Positions 59,169 to 64,000 of a DNA stretch of 64,000 nucleotides are shown one piece after another. Origin of the DNA: Escherichia phage UoN_LG358_1; the sequence record OK570374; one strand, given 5' to 3'. Both the position numbers and the translations under genes were made by a program. A model generated the notes under the pieces. It saw only the letters and a list, made by a program, of their open reading frames with translations, was not told the origin of the DNA and did not search any database. Numbering within the stretch: the stretch's first letter is position 1; every line of letters begins with the position of its first letter.

Positions 59169-60355
59169 TGGAAAAAATGATGGCGAGTTTTGGTAATGGA
59201 TATACCAAAACTCAAGTTATTTCTGAAAATAATTCCATCAAATACAAAATTTCATTTGCTGCGGGGTCGGTATTTTCGACCCCATCTTCTGCATATTTCA
59301 CCTTTCAGGATACTCCTATAGGTGACCAGCAAGATGGTGCTGGTATAAATGTTAGAATTTTTAACCCAGCATTGAATACTGTATCTACAAAGAAAACATT
59401 CTTATTAACGGCTAATGATGCTGATCCAGGAAATACCGCGTTTATTGATTATTTGGCATCGTTTACACAAGATAATACAAATTTGTTAATATTCACTACA
59501 TCAGGTGATATTAAAACTAGTACTTTAATAGAGAATAAATTTAAGTCAATTTATTCAACTATGTGGCCTAATAAATGGATAACTTCACGATATAGCTGTA
59601 CTTATTGCGGATTGTTTTCTATTAAAAATAACAAAATGATTGCTGAAAACGTAACTTATTCTGATGGGGTTCTTCGTGATGAAGATATAAGGCCTGCGTT
59701 AGAATTTGTTTACGATAAAGCAAATGATATAGGAGCTACCGGATTTTCTTATAGAGCGTTGGAAGATTTTAATGAATATACTAGTTCTTCTGCTACAATA
59801 AAAAGATATCCAATAGATTCAGTGTCAGGTGTAGACATTAGTACTATCGGAATAACACCAGGAGATATTCTTTTTTGGTCATTTGAATTTTTACACGGAG
59901 ACAATATGCCTCCAGAAGTACCCGGAACAAATGACAATAAAATAAGAATAGAAATAAGATGGTTGAATTCAGCTGGAAATTGGATTAAATCTGTTAACGT
60001 AGATTCTAATCATGCAAATGCTGGAAAATGGATAAAGCATGAGCAAACCGTTGAAGTTCCAGCTGACGCAGCTCGAATAGTTGTTCTTGCTTCTAAAACT
60101 ACTCCTAGCGATACTGTCGGAACAGGCGGGGTCCGCAACATGATATTAACTGAGACTTCGAGAGCAGTTGAACCAATGACTTCTCCGGCGGCAATATCGG
60201 TCAACGGAATTCGTTTGAATTCTATAGTATCCGGCACTTACCCAACATTGCTTATTTTACCAGCAAATGAATTTGATTCATCGGGTAAACCATTACCTGG
60301 CGAAGATATTTCTGGTATAATTTATAGCTCCGATTGGAGAGAGTTTGAAAAATAA
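59156..60355 (+). CDS. 35: long tail fibre hinge protein
   Basis: 399 aa; overlaps gene 34 end; terminator after stop. Confidence 0.75.
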   Translation: MGALMEKMMASFGNGYTKTQVISENNSIKYKISFAAGSVFSTPSSAYFTFQDTPIGDQQDGAGINVRIFNPALNTVSTKKTFLLTANDADPGNTAFIDYLASFTQDNTNLLIFTTSGDIKTSTLIENKFKSIYSTMWPNKWITSRYSCTYCGLFSIKNNKMIAENVTYSDGVLRDEDIRPALEFVYDKANDIGATGFSYRALEDFNEYTSSSATIKRYPIDSVSGVDISTIGITPGDILFWSFEFLHGDNMPPEVPGTNDNKIRIEIRWLNSAGNWIKSVNVDSNHANAGKWIKHEQTVEVPADAARIVVLASKTTPSDTVGTGGVRNMILTETSRAVEPMTSPAAISVNGIRLNSIVSGTYPTLLILPANEFDSSGKPLPGEDISGIIYSSDWREFEK

Positions 60356-60358
60356 TTA

Positions 60359-60379
60359 AGGGCCGCAAGGCCCTTTTTT
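60359..60379 (+). terminator. rho-independent terminator after gene 35
   Basis: AGGGCC-gcaa-GGCCCT then TTTTTT. Confidence 0.8.
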
Positions 60380-60427
60380 CTTTTATAAAATAGCAAATAA
60401 ATATGAATATACTCTAGAGGACTTCAT

Positions 60428-61093
60428 ATGGCCGATTTAAAATCAAATAGTACAGTAGGCGGAGCTCCTATATGGCATAAAGGAAATTTTCCTTTATCTC
60501 CAGTAGGTGACACTCTGCTTTATAAGACTTTTAAAGTCTACACAGAATTCGATAAACCTCAGGCAGTAGATAACGATTTTGTTTCTAAAGCTGCTGGAGG
60601 AGAATATTTAAAAAACGTTAATTTTAAAGAAGGTTTATCATTTAGTGATAAAGCTGGTGCTCCGATTTTTATTGGAGTTCCTAAAAATACCACGGCGGCA
60701 GCTACTTATACAGCATCGATAAAATTAACTGGGTCATTCGCTTTAGAAACTCCCGATAATAAGCCATTTATCATATTCAACCCAATAGAAACATTCGGTC
60801 CTGATATATACCGGTTGACTGTCATGGGTGATATGATTGCTCGTCAAATTTATGACGAATCAGGTAGAGTTTTTTCTCCAGGAAATACTCCATCTAAAGC
60901 GCAGGTCGGTTTAGGATTAGTTGATAACGCAAAACAAGTTCAACTTGAGCAATCAGCCGTACAAACAATGACAGGTGTTTTGGCTGCACCGAACTTTATA
61001 AGTACTAATCCGGCGACAGCTGATAACCACGTAGCTCGTTTTGACCAGATTGTAATAAAAGACTCAATTCAAGATTTTGGATATTATAGCTAA
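60428..61093 (+). CDS. 36: long tail fibre distal-half proximal subunit
   Basis: 221 aa, same as T4 gp36. Confidence 0.8.
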   Translation: MADLKSNSTVGGAPIWHKGNFPLSPVGDTLLYKTFKVYTEFDKPQAVDNDFVSKAAGGEYLKNVNFKEGLSFSDKAGAPIFIGVPKNTTAAATYTASIKLTGSFALETPDNKPFIIFNPIETFGPDIYRLTVMGDMIARQIYDESGRVFSPGNTPSKAQVGLGLVDNAKQVQLEQSAVQTMTGVLAAPNFISTNPATADNHVARFDQIVIKDSIQDFGYYS

Positions 61094-61101
61094 GAGGACA
61101 T

Positions 61102-63321
61102 ATGGCTACTATAAAGCAAATTCAATTTAAAAGAACAAAAGTAGCAGGCTCTCGTCCTACTGCAGCTCAACTCGCTGAAGGCGAACTTGCTATTAACTTA
61201 AAAGACCGCACTATTTTTACAAAAGATGATTTGAACCAAATTATCGATTTAGGTTTTGCTAAAGGCGGCGAAGTATCAGGAGATATCACGCAGGTTGGTA
61301 ATTATACCCAAACCGGAAATTATAATCTAACTGGTGATGCTAATGTATCTGGTAAAATTACCACCAACGCATTAGATGTCAGTACTATTTCAGACCTAAG
61401 ACAAACTAACTTTAGACCTGTATTAAGCACAACAGCGGGTTCTAATTTTATTATATCAAACTCCGGCGGTTTAATCAAACCAATTACTTTGACAGTAGAA
61501 GGAACAGCAACAAGCTCAAACACTATTCTTCGTCATACTGTTGATACTACTGTGGCTGCTAGCGGATTTATTGATTCAATTAATGTTTCTCTTAATCCCA
61601 CTGACGGGGCTCTGGTTACAGCTCTTAATGGTACGGTGAATATCGGTAGTTCCCTTAAAACTCCTAAACTTTCTGTTTCCGGCGCCGAAACTATTTTAGG
61701 AGATTATAGCATTTCAATCGGTGATAATGATACCGGATTTAGATGGTCTTCTGATGGAATATTCAATACAGTAACTAATGGAACTTCGATTTACACTCAT
61801 TCTAATGGGATTACTTATTCTAACCGTCCAACACATTTCCGCTATACATCAGATAATGATGCTATGACGCCAACCGCCGTGTTTGATGGCGGTTATTTAG
61901 CTTTGGTAGATACTTCCACTGATGGCAATGCTTATGGCGACGCAATGAGCTATCTCGGTTATAAAGATGCTGCTGGTTATAGTTTTTATTTCCGTGGCGG
62001 TGGAACATTTAATGTAGCTTCTAAAGGCGGATTTAATGTAGATACAGCTGCTGCTTTTTCCAAAACGGTTGATGTATCTGATATTCTAACATGCAGCTCT
62101 ATTATTAAAGCTAAAGGCCCAGGTCAAGTTGACGTTACTAGTGCTGGTAATATTGCACTTGGCGGAACTATTCAATGGGTGCCTTCGTATATGAGCGGAA
62201 GCCCAAGTAAAGCACGAGATACTATAGCTATGGCGGCGTGGGGCGATGGGGCGCAACGAGTAAACGTACTTGAGACATCTGATTCATCTGGCTGGTGGTA
62301 TTATATTCAGCGAGCGTCTCCTAGTATTTCTCCTACCGGTGTAGAAGGTCGTATTAACGGGACGTGGCAAGCTTCAGATTTAATTTCTGATAATACTCTT
62401 AAAGTGGCAGGAGCTTTCACCTGCACTAGAAGAAACTCAGCGTCATGGGGTGATAACGCTGGATGGTATGCAGGAGCAACTCCTGTTGTAGTTAATCAAG
62501 GAAACATCCAAGAAATGGACCCGGGCGTAGGAGGTTTTTATCCTGGATTTGCCCAATATAACGTGAATGGAACCGGATGGAAACAAGCGTTTATGCTAGG
62601 TTTATTAGGTCAAGGTGTACAAAGATGGCGGCGAGGAGTATTAGCTCTTAGAGGTGATGGTCCCGTTGATGCTGGACAACAAATAGCACGTTGGTATTTT
62701 AGTCAAGAAGACGGAAGTTTAGAATCAGAAGGTCCACTGAAAGCTCCTAGCGTTCAGGCCGGTCAAATAACATCTTTTGGTGTGAACGTTACAAACGCGT
62801 TAGGTAGTGCGTCTATAGCCATTGGCGATAATGATAGCGGGTTGCGCTGGGTCAGTGACGGTATTATACAACTTATGGCGAATGGAGGACCTGTTGCAAC
62901 ATGGGATTCGGGTTCATTTTATACGGCAGAGGGAAAAGGGCTTTCATCTAACGGAGCAATGTGGTGCCGCGATAACTTAGACGTCAATGATGTTTATATT
63001 CGTTCTGACATTAGAGCTAAATCAAATATCAAACTGATTGAAAATGCTCAAGAAAAATCTAAGAAATTAGGCGGTTACACTTATCTGCTGAAAAACACTG
63101 AATCTGGTGAAATAAAACCTTCTGCTGGATTGATAGCTCAAGAAGTTCAAGATGTTTTACCTGAGTTGGTCACTAAAGACAAAGACACTGGGTATTTGCG
63201 TCTGAACTATAACGGTATTATTGGTTTAAATACTGCTACAATCAACGAACATACAGATGAAATTAATTCACTTAAATCTGAAATCGCTGAACTTAAAGCA
63301 CTTATTAAATCATTAATGTAA
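61102..63321 (+). CDS. 37: long tail fibre distal subunit with C-terminal intramolecular chaperone domain
   Basis: 739 aa; N-terminus MATIKQIQFKR.. matches T4 gp37; C-terminal ..YIRSDIRAKSNI..GGYTY..GLIAQEVQDVLPELV.. resembles the autocleaving chaperone domain (T2-type organisation). Confidence 0.85.
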   Translation: MATIKQIQFKRTKVAGSRPTAAQLAEGELAINLKDRTIFTKDDLNQIIDLGFAKGGEVSGDITQVGNYTQTGNYNLTGDANVSGKITTNALDVSTISDLRQTNFRPVLSTTAGSNFIISNSGGLIKPITLTVEGTATSSNTILRHTVDTTVAASGFIDSINVSLNPTDGALVTALNGTVNIGSSLKTPKLSVSGAETILGDYSISIGDNDTGFRWSSDGIFNTVTNGTSIYTHSNGITYSNRPTHFRYTSDNDAMTPTAVFDGGYLALVDTSTDGNAYGDAMSYLGYKDAAGYSFYFRGGGTFNVASKGGFNVDTAAAFSKTVDVSDILTCSSIIKAKGPGQVDVTSAGNIALGGTIQWVPSYMSGSPSKARDTIAMAAWGDGAQRVNVLETSDSSGWWYYIQRASPSISPTGVEGRINGTWQASDLISDNTLKVAGAFTCTRRNSASWGDNAGWYAGATPVVVNQGNIQEMDPGVGGFYPGFAQYNVNGTGWKQAFMLGLLGQGVQRWRRGVLALRGDGPVDAGQQIARWYFSQEDGSLESEGPLKAPSVQAGQITSFGVNVTNALGSASIAIGDNDSGLRWVSDGIIQLMANGGPVATWDSGSFYTAEGKGLSSNGAMWCRDNLDVNDVYIRSDIRAKSNIKLIENAQEKSKKLGGYTYLLKNTESGEIKPSAGLIAQEVQDVLPELVTKDKDTGYLRLNYNGIIGLNTATINEHTDEINSLKSEIAELKALIKSLM

Positions 63322-63324
63322 TAA

Positions 63325-63340
63325 AGGGCCTTCGGGCCCT
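63325..63340 (+). other. hairpin between genes 37 and 38
   Basis: AGGGCC-ttcg-GGCCCT followed directly by GGAGG and the gene 38 ATG; no T-run. Confidence 0.45.
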
Positions 63341-63350
63341 GGAGGTTATT

Positions 63351-64000
63351 ATGGCAGTTGTAGGAATTCCAGGAAATATAGGGTCATCCGCCAAGGCAGA
63401 AACAGGACAAGCAAGCATGTCAGCTGCTGCGGTACAATTAAGACTACCTGCTACCGATGTATGGATGTCGCAATTTGCTGGTCTCTCTAAAGAAGAAATT
63501 TGGGAATGGACTGGTCCAAATCACAGTTTTAATAAAGATTGGTTAATAGGCGAACTTCGTAATAGAGGCGGTACTCCTGTGGTAATTAATATAAGAGCTG
63601 ACCAGGTTTCGCATACAGCAGGAGTTCCCTTGTTTGAATTTCCTGGAGACCTTCCAAACGCGTATGTTACACTCAACATTTATGCTACTATATACGGTAG
63701 AGGCGGTAATGGAGGAGGTCGCGGTAATGGAGATAAAGGCGGCGATTGTATTCATAACTGGATAGGGAATCGGTTAAGAATTAATAACCAAGGATGGATA
63801 TGCGGCGGTGGCGGCGGCGGCGGCGGGTCATATTGGGACCCAGGTTGGGGAAATCCGCAATACGGAGCCGGTGGTGGCGGCAGACCATTTGGTGTAGCTC
63901 CTTGGACTAATTTTAATACCCCAGCAACCAATGGTACACTCGAAGCGCCAGGCCATGGTTCAAGAGGAGGCAACTTTGGCGGTGGCGACGGTGGTCAGAC
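63351..64000 (+). CDS. 38: tail fibre adhesin with glycine-rich motifs (partial, runs off window)
   Basis: Not in track (no stop in window); GGAGG RBS then ATG 63351; MAVVGIPG.., GRGGNGGGRGNGDKGG, CGGGGGGGGSYWDPGWGNPQYGAGGGGRPFG. Confidence 0.75.
   Translation, partial: MAVVGIPGNIGSSAKAETGQASMSAAAVQLRLPATDVWMSQFAGLSKEEIWEWTGPNHSFNKDWLIGELRNRGGTPVVINIRADQVSHTAGVPLFEFPGDLPNAYVTLNIYATIYGRGGNGGGRGNGDKGGDCIHNWIGNRLRINNQGWICGGGGGGGGSYWDPGWGNPQYGAGGGGRPFGVAPWTNFNTPATNGTLEAPGHGSRGGNFGGGDGGQ
63803..63826 (+). repeat. GGC/GGT triplet tract encoding a poly-glycine run in gene 38
   Basis: gcggcggtggcggcggcggcggcggg coding for GGGGGGGG. Confidence 0.6.

Noticed and set aside
63803-63826. GGC triplet tract as a possible non-coding repeat or CRISPR-like element
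   Set aside because: It is in frame within gene 38 and encodes a poly-glycine motif; no spacer-repeat periodicity.

Overview
The window reads as a contiguous segment of a T4-like (T-even, Tevenvirinae-type) myovirus genome, AT-rich, densely coded on both strands, running from the terminase genes (16/17) to the start of the tail-fibre adhesin gene 38 (cut by the window end). Gene content and order follow the T4 map as I recall it: 16-17-18-19-20-67-68-21-22-23-24 (late, + strand); rnlB-hoc-inh (- strand); uvsW (+); uvsY-25-26 (-); 51-27-28-29-48-54 (+); then a long minus-strand early/middle block alt-30-rIII-31-cd-pseT-spanins-alc-rnlA-denA-nrdB-mobE-nrdA-td-frd-32-59-33-dsbA-rnh; then 34-35-36-37-38 (+). 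All identifications come from reading the translations, motifs and gene order against remembered T4 biology; no database search was run. Features departing from the remembered T4 layout: a tandem pair of gene-24 (vertex) paralogs; HNH endonuclease-like ORFs inserted at the 18|19 and 68|21 junctions; a DprA/SLOG-like Rossmann ORF beside rnlB; an extra translationally coupled gene between frd and td; an expanded block of small acidic ORFs upstream of frd that includes tandem paralogs; and a T2-type 37/38 fibre tip. The td gene is split by a group I intron carrying an I-TevI-like GIY-YIG endonuclease. Regulatory signals are readable directly: TATAAATA late-promoter boxes, a family of eight early-type promoters (GTTTACA-N17-TAnTAT, read on the minus strand) sharing 23 to 45 bp repeats, and many GC-rich hairpin terminators. 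Several small ORFs below the 60-aa track cutoff have ribosome-binding sites, promoters or terminators of their own and are reported at low confidence. No tRNA, rRNA or CRISPR array was recognised. I did not find a single system that is clearly undescribed; the best candidates for new biology are the DprA/SLOG-like ORF, the frd-td insert, the acidic small-ORF block and the duplicated vertex gene.
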